Shown: positions 41,393 through 52,453 of the stretch, one piece after another | Layout: each line of letters opens with the position of its first letter | How positions within the stretch are numbered: the first letter of the stretch is position 1 | Assembly (NCBI RefSeq): GCF_037042905.1 | Contig: NC_087245.1 | Span: 26,414,001-26,478,000 of the forward strand | Origin: Lytechinus pictus | Lineage: Eukaryota | DNA: 64,000 bases | Direction: 5' to 3' | Position numbers and translations under genes: made by a program | Notes under the pieces: model-generated | Database searches by the model: none | Seen by the model: only the letters and a program-made list of their open reading frames with translations | What the model was told of the DNA's origin: nothing

Positions 41393-43599
41393 CTTATCTT
41401 CGAATCAGGGACAACTCGGACCACGGGACATCTCGGACCGTGGGCCGAGTTGTCCCACCCGTTTCGTGATTTTTTTCCCACAAACTTGCGTCTATTTTTC
41501 CGTCAATTCGAAATTTCTTGTAATGATTTTCTAGAGATCTGGTCTGTTGGTAATGTTCTTCACTTTCTATTACTTTTTTTTCGCTGAAGTTAAAAAAAAA
41601 AGTGTAATTTTAGGCGTTTTTCGACAGCTTGCGATTCCCATAGGCGCGCGTGTATTAACTGTGTTGGTGCTCGGCTCGGCCCCGCTCAACAACTGACTTG
41701 ATTTTGTGATCATTTCTCCTCAAGTTACCACTTTTATCGCAGAAGATGGACTTTCTTGTATTCCATTCACTCTAATTATTCATCACAAGGATAAAATTCG
41801 GTGTATATGCACGATTCTGTTAAAGTTTTTCACCTTTTCTCTCTGGTCCGAGTGGTCGTAAGAAGCGAACAACCGATGAACGGTCCGCTGCTCTTCATCG
41901 CAATTCTACGTAGCTCGGCCGCCGAAACTGGCGGGGTGGGATTCAGCCCGAATCCCCAATGGAAGTGGGCGTGCACAGTCGAAGAGCTGAGCTTGACTGA
42001 GTGAGAGAGAGTGAGTGAACTGGAGCTAGGCTCTGCTTTTTTTTGGTAAATATATATATGTATTTTTTTATTTTGTCTATATTGATTTTCCCTGGTGTAG
42101 AGCTTTAATATTTTAATAATTTAATATGCTTCAATTTCTTTGACTGAGTGTGACTGTGGTGTGGATGTTTGAGTCGCACAAAAAATACTTTTACGTGGGT
42201 GGGGGCTCGGGGCGATTTCACTCCTGCCCCCAAAATGTGAAAAAATATCTGCGGTGTAGATGTGTGGGCCTGCTAGGCTGAGGGTATAGCCATCAATAAA
42301 AAATGTTTTATTTGGGGGCTTAATTTTGAATTAAACTATTTTTTACAGGATTTAAAAAATAAAATGATGTAATTCATTGTGCCCCTTTCCATTCCTTGTT
42401 TTTCCCTGATTTACTTTCTTTAATTTTATTTCTTGGTCTTAAGGGTGGATGTCAGGCTGCCGGGGTGGAATTCAGCCGGAATTGCCAATGGAAGTGGACA
42501 TACTTGCACAGTAATTAGCCTGGAGACTCGAGCCTTGCCCTGCAGTTGTGAATATTTTTTCAATCAAGTTTTAAATACTCAGTTGGCTGGTTCAATAAGG
42601 GCCACTCAGTCTTATTCCCATTTGAAATATAATCAGGGGCGGATCCAAAATTTCCCTACATGGCCGGGGGGGGGAATTTTGTATAGGAATTTTTTGACAA
42701 AAGGTCTTCACTACCAAACTTGAATCACAGTAATTTTTTCCCCAGGAAAAATTTGACAAGCAAAGAAAAAAGGGTTTTCAGTTGCCTTTTGAGTACCTCT
42801 AAACGGGGGGGGGGGGGGGGGGGGGGGGGCGGATGTGCCCCCCCCCCTGATTCGCTACTGGAACTAATGTCCATTTCATTCAGTTTTTCTTTTTTACAGG
42901 AGGAAAGAATAGAGTAAGAAGTTTGGTGTTTTGTATTTTTACCAATTATTGTTTATTCAATATGAAATGTATTTAATTTAGTATAATTTCCAAAAAGCAT
43001 CACTTAATTAACTTATTTAAATTTAAAATGTAAACATGAATAAAAATTGTGAACTTTGAATGAATATATTCTGTAAATTGTAATATTTTTAAATCATATT
43101 TTATCTCCATTCTTATCATTGTCTCCTTTTCTCTTTATGTTCATCACTCTCATTTCAATTAAATATATATTCTGTTACTGGTATAAAAAAAAAGACAACA
43201 ATACTAAACACTGATACATTGATCAATAGAAAAAAACAAAGAAAAAGAGGGGAAATACAAAGAAATGACAGGTACATGGAGGGGGGGGGGGTAACAACAA
43301 ATCATGCTTGTCTGGGTTTTAAAAACAGGAGAAGGGTGGTCAATACAATATTGCAATTAGCAGATTATGAAGAGGGTTTTGTTTTTATCAAATAATTTTT
43401 GCAGTTCCTTATGAAACTTTGGAGTGATGTTGTTTTGTTTTTCTTTAATAGAATATCACCCATTCTAGAAAACTGAACTCTGTATCTAACACTAAGTTGC
43501 CCTAGTGTTGTTTTCCAATCTACATTTTCTAGTTCCTGGTATCATAATTATGGATGTAATCATTTAAGGTGTACCAGTTAGAAAAGTACTATTCATACA

Positions 43600-43992
43600 A
43601 TGATACAATACTATGTTCATTGACCCTAAATGATATTTGACCTTGATCATGTGACATTTCAATGATACTTGATTACCCCTATGTCCAAGTTTTATGAACC
43701 AGATCCATACACTTTCAAAGTTATGATGGTTATTCAACAAATACCCCCACATGGCCAAAGTTCATTGACCTTGAATGACCTTTGACCTTGGTCATGCGAC
43801 CTGAAACTCGCTGCAGGATATTCAGTGATACTTGATTAATCTTATGTCCAAGTTTTATGAACTATGTCCAAATACTTTCTAAGTTATGCTGTCATTTCAG
43901 AAACTTAACCTTCGGTTAAGATTTGATGTTGACGCTGCCGTCGGAAAAGCGGCGCCTATAGTCTCACTCTGCTATCCAGGTGAGACAAAAAT
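43600..43992. mobile_element. Helentron-associated (HINE/DINE-like) repeat fragment
   Basis: Internal TGACCTTTGACC repeats and a terminal hairpin GTCTCAC...GTGAGAC next to an A-run. Confidence 0.5.
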
Positions 43993-44483
43993 CATGATAC
44001 AGTGATGGAAAAAAAAGTAATAGAATAAATTTAATCAAAAAGAAAACCACATGCTATGTAAAAGAAATGAAATTCAAAATCATAAATTAGTCATTTTTAT
44101 TGAATGAAGAATTTAATTTATTGATAATTGGAAAAAAGATGAACCCTATTTTCTTTCAATGGAACCCAAATAGTTGTAGGGCCTAGTATGATTTTTCATC
44201 ACATAACATGATTCAGAACAAAAATCAAGCCATATGTGACGTTTTGGGTTTAATATCGTGTGGGACGGAATCTACATGACGGCATTCGTTGGACGGATTT
44301 TTCTTCTTAAATCTATCTATCTCTGCTCATCCTCATATCTTTCATTACCTTCATCCCTCTCATCAGAGGGATGGAGGTAATTAGGCGGATGGGAGGAGAT
44401 TGACATGAGAGGAGGGATGAAGATGATGGGAGGATCGAGGGGTGGAGATAATGAGATGGTGGGAGGAATGGAGATGATGGGAG

Positions 44484-45947
44484 CAACCGCGTAGCCAGGA
44501 TTTCATTTTGGAGGGGGCGGTAATCGCACGCGAAGCGTGCCAACACTTACAGAGCGCGCGAAGCGCGCTCCCTAGGGGGTGGGTGCAGGGAGGGGGAGTT
44601 TCCCCCTCCCGCGCGAAGCGCGAAGCTTTTGGTGTTTCATAAATTAAAATGAAAAGGAGCCGTCTCTCTTGTCTCTAGTACCTATATCACCTCCAGTTCA
44701 GTTGACAATATTGTGATTTTGAACCTTTTTTTCATGAACCTTGTTTTCAAAAGTGATTGTGAGCGAACGCATAAAAGGGGAATACAATGGAGGAAATTAA
44801 AATAATAACCCCGCGCGAAGCGCGGAAGCTAAAGCGTTTTTTTCAATTTTTTTCTGCCATGAAAAAGGTCCCGATAAAAGGGTATTTTCAAAGATATATT
44901 GAATACTTCCCTTGGAAAGATCATATTTGATTACAAACGATTTAGCGACAGTGCATAACTCGCAAAATAGAGGAGAAGAAGTGTATATGCAGGGAGGAAG
45001 ATATTCCTCCCCGCGCAGAGCAATGAAACTCTGAAGTTTCAAAGGGCGGACGTTTCATCAAATTCAGATATCTCTAATACCCCATCGGGTCTAATTCGAT
45101 TGATTTTCTAAGATTATTGAACTTCATTACAAGGAAAATAGTGCGCAAAAAGTTGAAACTTCTGTGATTCATTGAAATTATATAAAAAAGGATGCCTAAT
45201 TTATTTGACTTATACTGAAGCGCTTCATTTTGAATTATAAAGAACCCTAAGTGTCATTCAAAATTTCAAACTGAGTGCGCAAAACAGGACAAGAGATGAA
45301 TGTGCAGGGAAACGACATGAAGTTTAATAGAATTTGATAATAAATATTGTACTTTTTTATCTAATACGACACGAATTTTATACCTTCCTTTTTTTAAATT
45401 AGGAACCTGTTTGCCCCAAAATTATGGTTGATTAGTAATGAGCTGAAAAGCAGGAGAAGTTGACTTTATGGAGGTGACGGCAGAAATTGATATAAAGATT
45501 TTACCCGCCCATGGCCGACCCGTCCAGAAGTGGCGCAATCAATTAAAAAAAAAAGATAACTTCATATACTTCGGCCTAACCTTACTCTAATTATATGCCC
45601 TAATGCATAAATTTGAACTTTAACTGGCAAGAAACGGGCAAGAAACACATATAGCTGAGGTGGAAAAACAGGGTTCGAGAAAGGATGGGGGAAACAATGG
45701 AGAACTTCAATATTATCATTTAACCGCGCGCCGCGCGGAAGCAAAATTCATATATAAATTTAGAGCAAGAGAGAAGGAGTTTCTCTTTTGAGAAAAAAAT
45801 AAAGAATAAAAAGAAAAAAAAACACAAAGCTACCTTTCTTCCCTTTCCTCCCTTCCCTTTTCCTTTTCTCCCCTCTTTTTTCCCTTCTTTTTTTTTCTTT
45901 TTGGGGACGTTTTGGGGGGCGACCGCCCCCCCCTGGCTACGCGCCTG
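44484..45947. mobile_element. Non-autonomous hAT element nested in the foldback element
   Basis: TIR CAACCGCGTAGCCAGG / CCTGGCTACGCGCCTG. Perfect 8-bp TSD GATGGGAG (44476-44483 and 45948-45955). Internal CGCGCGAAGCGCG motifs. Confidence 0.85.
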
Positions 45948-47766
45948 GATGGGAGAGAATGAGGCGAATGGGAAGAGCATCCCTTTCAAGAAAATAAATC
46001 AGGGAGGAACAAGGAATGGAAATGAATTGAATTATTTTTAATCCTTTAAAATAAAAATAATAATTAAAAATTAGGCCCAGAAACAGAAAATTGATTGAAA
46101 AAACCCCCCATATTATTCACAACTACAGGGCCAGGCTAGTCTCCCAGCTCAGGCTGTGCACATATGTCCACTTCCACCATTGGTGTTTCCGGCTGAATTC
46201 CACCCCCAAAACAGTCGTGTGGCTTACTCAAGTATAAGCCACACCACTTGAGTAAGCCACACCACAAAAAGGCACAGAACTAAACTTAAGTTCTACACCA
46301 GGGAAAATGAATTCCAAAAAAAAGAGGGAGCAATTGAAGCGGGCAAGCTTGTAATGGGGGCGCCTTGTTTCCCTTACTCAAGTAACAGAAAATTGATTGA
46401 AAATAAAAACATAATATTCATAACAGCAGGACCAGGCTATATAGTCGAAGGCTGTGCACGTATGTCAACTTCCATTGGGGTTTCCGGCTGAATTCCACCC
46501 CGGCAGCCTGACGTCCACCCTTAAGACCAAAAAATGAAAATAAAGAAAGTATATCAGGAAAAAACAAGGAATGGAAAGGGGCACAATGAATTAAATCATT
46601 CTATTTTAAATCCTGTAAAACTTAAAAATAATTAATATGAATTGGGGGTGGGGGGTTGAGTATCAAAATTTTTTTAGGGGGTTTGAACGCCTGTAACCAC
46701 CCCCTGCGTACGCCACTAAATTGAAGCATATTATTGCAACTTAAAACTCAGCTCTCTACACCAGGGAAACTCAATATGAAAAATAAAAAGGAAATTTATA
46801 TACAAAATAAATAGGCCTAAAAATAATTAGTTTAATTAAAAATTAAGCCCCCAAATGAAATATTTTTTATTGATGGCTATACCCTCAGCCTGGCATGCCC
46901 ACACATCTACACCGCAAATATTTTTTCACATTTTGGGGGCAGGAGTGAAATTGCCCCGAGCCCCCACCCACGTAAAAGTATTTTTTTGTGCGACTCAAAC
47001 ATCCACACCACAGTCGCACTCAGTCAAAGAAATTGAAGCATATTAAAATATTACAATCTTAAAGCTCTACACCAGGGAAAATCAATATAGACAAAATAAA
47101 CAAATACAAATATATATTAACAAAAAAAAAGCAGAGCCTATAGGTACGTCCCGACCCCTTTCTTCAAGCTGTAGTTCACTCTCTCTCACTCAGTCAAGCT
47201 CAGCTCTTTGACTGTGCACGCCCACTTCCATTGGGGATTCGGGCTGAATCCTACCGGTACCCCGCCAGTTTCGGCGGCAGAGCTACGTAGAATTGCGATG
47301 AAGAGCAGCGGACCGTTCACCAGAGAGAAAAGGTGAAAAACTTTAACAGAATCGTGCATATACACCGAATTTTATCCTTGTGATGAATAAATAGAGTGAA
47401 TGGAATACAAGAAAGTCCATCTTCTGCGATAAAAGTGGTAACTTGAGGAGAAATGATCACAAAATCAAGTCAGTTGTTGAGCGGGGCCGAGCCGAGCACC
47501 AACACAGTTAATACACGCGCGCCTATGGGAATCGCAAGCTGTCGAAAAACGCCTAAAATTACACCTTTTTTTTTTTACATCAGCGAAAAAAAGTAATAGA
47601 AAGTGAAGAACATTACCAACAACAGACCAGATCTCTAGAAAATCATTACAAGAAATTTCGAATTGACGGAAAAATAGACGCAAGTTTGTGGAAAAAAAAT
47701 CACGAAACGGGTGGGACAACTCGGCCCACGGTCCGAGATGTCCCGTGGTCCGAGTTGTCCCGACCC

Positions 47767-47877
47767 CTTATCTTCGTGGTGGGTCGATTGATCAAAGTTT
47801 TTTATCTCATTTACTCTGACGATCGCCGTCGACCCACACTCCCGAAATTTCACATATGCGAAATTGTGAACCACCAT
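47767..47877 (-). pseudogene. BEND5-like exon 1, 5' part with start codon
   Basis: ATG at 47877. MVVHNFAYVKFRECGSTAIVRVNEIKNFDQSTHHEDK resembles the BEND5 N-terminus MYAFVRFLEDNVCYALPVSCVRDF...NQKVY as recalled. Confidence 0.8.
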
Positions 47878-48550
47878 ATTGATCTCCGGTCGAGTACCGT
47901 ATATTCCTAATAAACGTCTTCTCATATAATTCACGAAGAAATAGAGATGAAATATCAGCTATTGAGATTGTCCGTCCATGCACTGCAGATGAGAAAATCG
48001 CACTGAACGTGGAAAACGTATTTGGTCGAATCGGCGCTAAAACAATGGCTTCCGATTGGCTATTGGTCGGTCTACCAATTTAGCGACCGAAGAATATGAT
48101 GCTTAATTGAGATCTTTATTTTCATAATATTTAATAAAAAATATATAAATATATAATCCTTGGATTAAAAAATAATAATAATAAGAAACAGATCTATTTC
48201 TTTAAAAAAACAATGAAAATATATTTCGTGATTTTGAACTAACCGAGTCGAGTCAAGTTGCGCGCGCACGTAGGATACGACGGTTGAAATTCCGGATTTC
48301 CCCTATCTTCCTTCTTGTTTGTATTTTGGCGGGCGGCTATCGAATTCTGCTGAATTCGCACAAATTTGCGCGGGTACGGTACCGCCGACCAGCCGGGAAT
48401 ACTTGACTGGTACGGTGCTAACGTGACGTTCGTACGATGAGGACATCTTGAATCGGCGTCGATCTACTAGATTTTATGACATTTTTGTATTTTTGCAACC
48501 ATAAATTTGTGTTCTAAATAGTGATAGAATAAGTACGATATAGTAGAGTC
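47878..48550. promoter_or_regulatory. Putative bidirectional promoter between the BEND5-like and transposase genes
   Basis: 673 bp between divergent ATGs. CpG-rich flanks around an AT-rich core. Cluster of three CCAAT/ATTGG motifs at 48055-48079. Confidence 0.55.
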
Positions 48551-49016
48551 ATGGATCGGCAGCGTCGAAAAAGAAAGAATTACCTCGAACCACAGAGCGA
48601 TGCACAACTACCCGCCGCGACGCGATGGAGGATGAACAGGAGACGAGCGCGATTAGCCCCCGCTGCCCTGGCAGCGGCTGACGAAGTGAACGCTCCCCCC
48701 GATGATGATAGCACTGATGATATGGAGTTTGAAGGAAATCATCCACATGCCTTTGTACCTCGTCCATTGCAATATGATGTTAGATTTGATAGTGATCAAA
48801 ATGCAGCCGATGATGAGTCAGAAATGGCAACCGGAGAAGATGATGAGGTCGAGGCCCGGCCCAACAATTGTGATATTTCAACTGCAGGTGGTGTCATGTT
48901 AACTAGTTCAGCTGCTGCAATAGATCGAAGGGCAAGGCAAGCCAGACTAACTACATGTAGACTGACACCTAACTCGGTCTCAGACTCAGAGTTGATTGGA
49001 AGTGAAACTTTTGAAG
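48551..49016 (+). CDS. CACTA/CMC transposase exon 1 (basic N-terminus then acidic region)
   Basis: MDRQRRKRKNYLEPQSDAQLPAATRWR...; GTTAGT donor in phase 1, compatible with the downstream exons. An earlier donor near 48887 is also possible. Confidence 0.65.
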
Positions 49017-49044
49017 GTTAGTCATGGACAGTAGATAATGACTA

Positions 49045-49594
49045 GGGGTGGTATTCTGAGATCCATTTCATTTTTATCTCAGATAAAATAAAATATTTTA
49101 TCTCCGTTAAAATCAGTGAGATAAAATACCCTTAAAATCTCTCAATTGGTATTCTGAGAACAATTTTATCTTCATTTTATCTCTGTAAGACACACCTATT
49201 TTTAATAAATATCCAATTAGAAACGCGCTTTTAAAGTTTTATAGCTCTCATATGATCTCTCAACCAATTGGAAATCCATTCCGCTTGGGGTGTGGCAAAG
49301 GAGTGAGATTGCGTCATTCAGTACGCTTGCACTATCACTTGCCCGTCTTTACAGAGATTAGTCAAGAAAAGTCTTATGAAATGCTTCCTGATTGTACAGG
49401 AATAACTTCAAGGTGTTGTTCTCAAGGAATATATAATTATTCTTAGTTTTCATGCCAACATTTGGAGTTAATTCACCTAGGAATAATATTTTCAATTTTA
49501 TCTGAGAGATGAAATGTCATCTCAGAATACCAATTTCATTTTAAGAGATAAAATAAAATATTTTAAAGATAAAATGACCTCAGAATACCGCCCC
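49045..49594. mobile_element. PIF/Harbinger-like MITE in transposase intron 1
   Basis: TIR GGGGTGGTATTCTGAG / CTCAGAATACCGCCCC with internal AGATAAAA repeats. Confidence 0.65.
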
Positions 49595-50941
49595 TGGTCT
49601 ATTGATGGAATTATGGTGGTGACTGATTGAGTGACTGGTAATCTAGATAATTGATCTAGCCCTGAAAACAAACATTACTGAGAATGAAAAGCATGAAAAG
49701 CTGTGATCTAGTACAAGGCAAACTCTGATTTTGTAATTTTGCATCTTGAAGATGCTTAAATTGAACAAATGTAGACTATGTGATGAAATTAAGATGATGT
49801 TTCCGGTCACTTTATATTCACTTTTTGAATCAATTGATTCTTGGATGCAATTTTTTCTGGGCTTCATTTTCCATTCTTCATTGCATTAGCAAATGCCTGT
49901 AACTTAATTTTGGCTCATTTTCATAACAAAGATGTGGAGAAAACATAGGAGTGGATGCCATTCTTTATATTCATATTATGATCAAGTTCATAGAACTCTA
50001 GCCTGACTAAGGCAAACAATTTAATGAAATAGTTTACAATTTAAACAATTTGAAAACAGACTTGTCTTTTTTATGCAAAACTGGAAAGTGCCCTTGCATG
50101 TCTGTGCTTTAAGTCATTTTGCGTGCAGCTTTAGATGCGATGTTCCAAATGAGCTTTTCTTCATCATTTTCAAAGTATTTTGCATACAGTGAAAAATTAA
50201 TTGCTAAGGACTATTTTGTTACAAGTGTGCATTAACTTGGGTGTACAGACAATGCGAAGACTTGGGCACTCCTACCATACCTTACTTAGTTCATGCGACA
50301 CAATATGCGCGCTCAAATATCTTGATCAGACTAGAAAACAACAATCCATCACCAAGTGTAACAAAAACTTGGGGAAAATCTTTTTTATGATTTCATAAAA
50401 TTGATTCATCAAGAATTCACTTCCTTGAGACAGAAAATAAAAATGTACATTTTATAGGTGCTCGGACTATAGTATTGTAGGCCCACTGTTCAAATTTTAT
50501 GATCACGTAATCGACCCAAGCTTGTGTATTCACCAAATATGTTTTGTTCATTTTGTTGCACTTTTGTCTATAAATGTCCCTCAGAATATTTTACATGTAA
50601 TAGCGGGAATAAGTATATTTAATTATTTCACTTTATAGCTCCATCATATAAGAACAATGCTTTTTAGTTTTTACATTACAATTTTTGGACTATTTTTAGA
50701 GAATCACCTTGTCATATCATAATTTTTGTTTTTAAATGACCAGCTAGTCACCCTGATTTCTACCACGATGATGGCCAAACTCCTATCAAAACTGACAATG
50801 AACTGAGACTTTGTTTTTATCTGAGTGAATCTATGTTTGAAGTTTTGAACCTTAAGTCTTGGTATCTTTTTATTCAAATGAGGCCTGTCATTCAGTGTGC
50901 ATAGTATGTTTACGTGCAGTGTCTCTCTTTTGTTATTCCAG

Positions 50942-51010
50942 AAAGTGATGCAAGTGATGATGTACCAGTATCTGCAAATGACAACAGCAGCTTAGTTTCA
51001 ATTGCATCAG
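50942..51010 (+). CDS. Transposase putative mini-exon 2
   Basis: TTCCAG acceptor, GTGTGA donor, 69 nt, phase 1-1. Encodes ESDASDDVPVSANDNSSLVSIAS. Confidence 0.55.
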
Positions 51011-51776
51011 GTGTGACATATTTAATATTTTCATATTTGAATGAAGAGTGCACAGAGGGCATTGAAAGTTTTTTTTTAATGAGACAATAACAGAACTGTC
51101 ATGAATCAATATTGGTGAGTCAGGAAAGAAAACCCTGATTTAATAAATCGATGCGGGGGGGGGGGAGTATATAAAACTTACTGACTGCAAAAGACAACGG
51201 CAGCCTTGTTTCGATAGCATCAGGTTTGACATATTTATATACTATTTTCATATTTGAATGATTGATAGTACACAGAGACTGAGGGCAGTGAATGGACAAG
51301 TCACAGAGTTTTTTGGATGAGACAATAACAGAACTGTCGTGAATTGATAATGTAGTTGGCGAGTAACAAAAGAAAACCCTGATGTGAAAAAAAATGATGC
51401 GGGGGAAATATTTGTGTACAACTGATAAATATGTAGAAAACTTAATGGACAATACAGATTTTCATATTTTGCCCTTTATTTCTCATATTTCTAATTGTCT
51501 CTTGCTGACCTTGACTTCTTTGGTGTAAAAATTATCTTCTCCCTTGACATTTTTTTGTATGGTTCAGATTCTCTTAAAAGAAGATGAGTAAGACAGATTT
51601 TCGATGCTAAAGGATAGGAACCCCCTTTTCATTCATGAACTTCCATACACATTTTAATCCAAAATTTTGATCCAGATTTGAAATAGATCCAAGATATAGA
51701 TTTTGGAAAATGTCCACTTTTCCTTGGAATTGCCCACATGCTTATTCAGTTCATGTTTTTCTTCTTCCATGAATAG

Positions 51777-51833
51777 GTGCATCATGCGATGACATATCTG
51801 CAAATAGCTCCAGCCTTGGTTCAATAGCATCAG
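51777..51833 (+). CDS. Transposase putative mini-exon 3 (duplicate of exon 2)
   Basis: ATAG acceptor, GTTTGA donor, 57 nt, phase 1-1. Encodes GASCDDISANSSSLGSIAS. Confidence 0.4.
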
Positions 51834-52453
51834 GTTTGACATATTTTTATTTTGTTATCTATATAATTGAATGAGAAGAGTGTAGGGCATTGAATTTCCA
51901 AGGTTACAATCCAAGATGAGACAATGCAAGAACTTACAATTTTGGCTTGTTAGGGTTTTAAAAAATTGAATACAAGTATATATTTCATTGATAAGTGCAG
52001 ACAAAATATTTGTTTGCCACAGAGCATGTTAAAATTTAGCTGTTTAATCTGGGGGAAAAAAGTTAAAAGGTGCCTGTCTACCTCAATATGTCGCATATTA
52101 TACACAATGTTGCTAGAATAGATAGGATTTGGGTTCTGATTTTAAGGTCTTTGGGACAAGAACATAAACACAACACCACATAACCAAAATTCGAACTTGG
52201 ATGTCAGAGGAGTTTATTGACAGCAAACACATATCATCTTAGTCTTTTTTCTAACATTTAGGCTTCATGATCCAAGTTCAGTATGTTGACAAGTTTTTTA
52301 ATGCATTGGTGCTCGATAAAAAAAGGAGTGTACTGGCTACTTAAGGCAAATAAATTAAATTCAAATTAAAGTCCCATTCAATTATTAATGATTAGGTTTC
52401 ACATCCTTTGAAACTTTCAAACATCGAAAATATGCATTTTTATTTTTGTTTAG

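Larger units (their letters stand above)
41402..47766. mobile_element. Non-autonomous foldback (Mutator-like) element, 6.4 kb, with ~1.1-kb inverted arms
   Basis: 41408-~42510 is the reverse complement of ~46450-47761 (with indels). G...C termini. 9-bp TSD CTTATCTTC at 41393-41401 and 47767-47775. No transposase ORF. Confidence 0.9.

Noticed and set aside
41393..47775. Foldback element being spliced out as an intron to rescue the BEN gene
   Set aside because: The nearest minus-strand GT (2 nt inside the element) joined to either AG in the distal TSD adds 2 or 7 nt and shifts the frame. The donor context is also weak.
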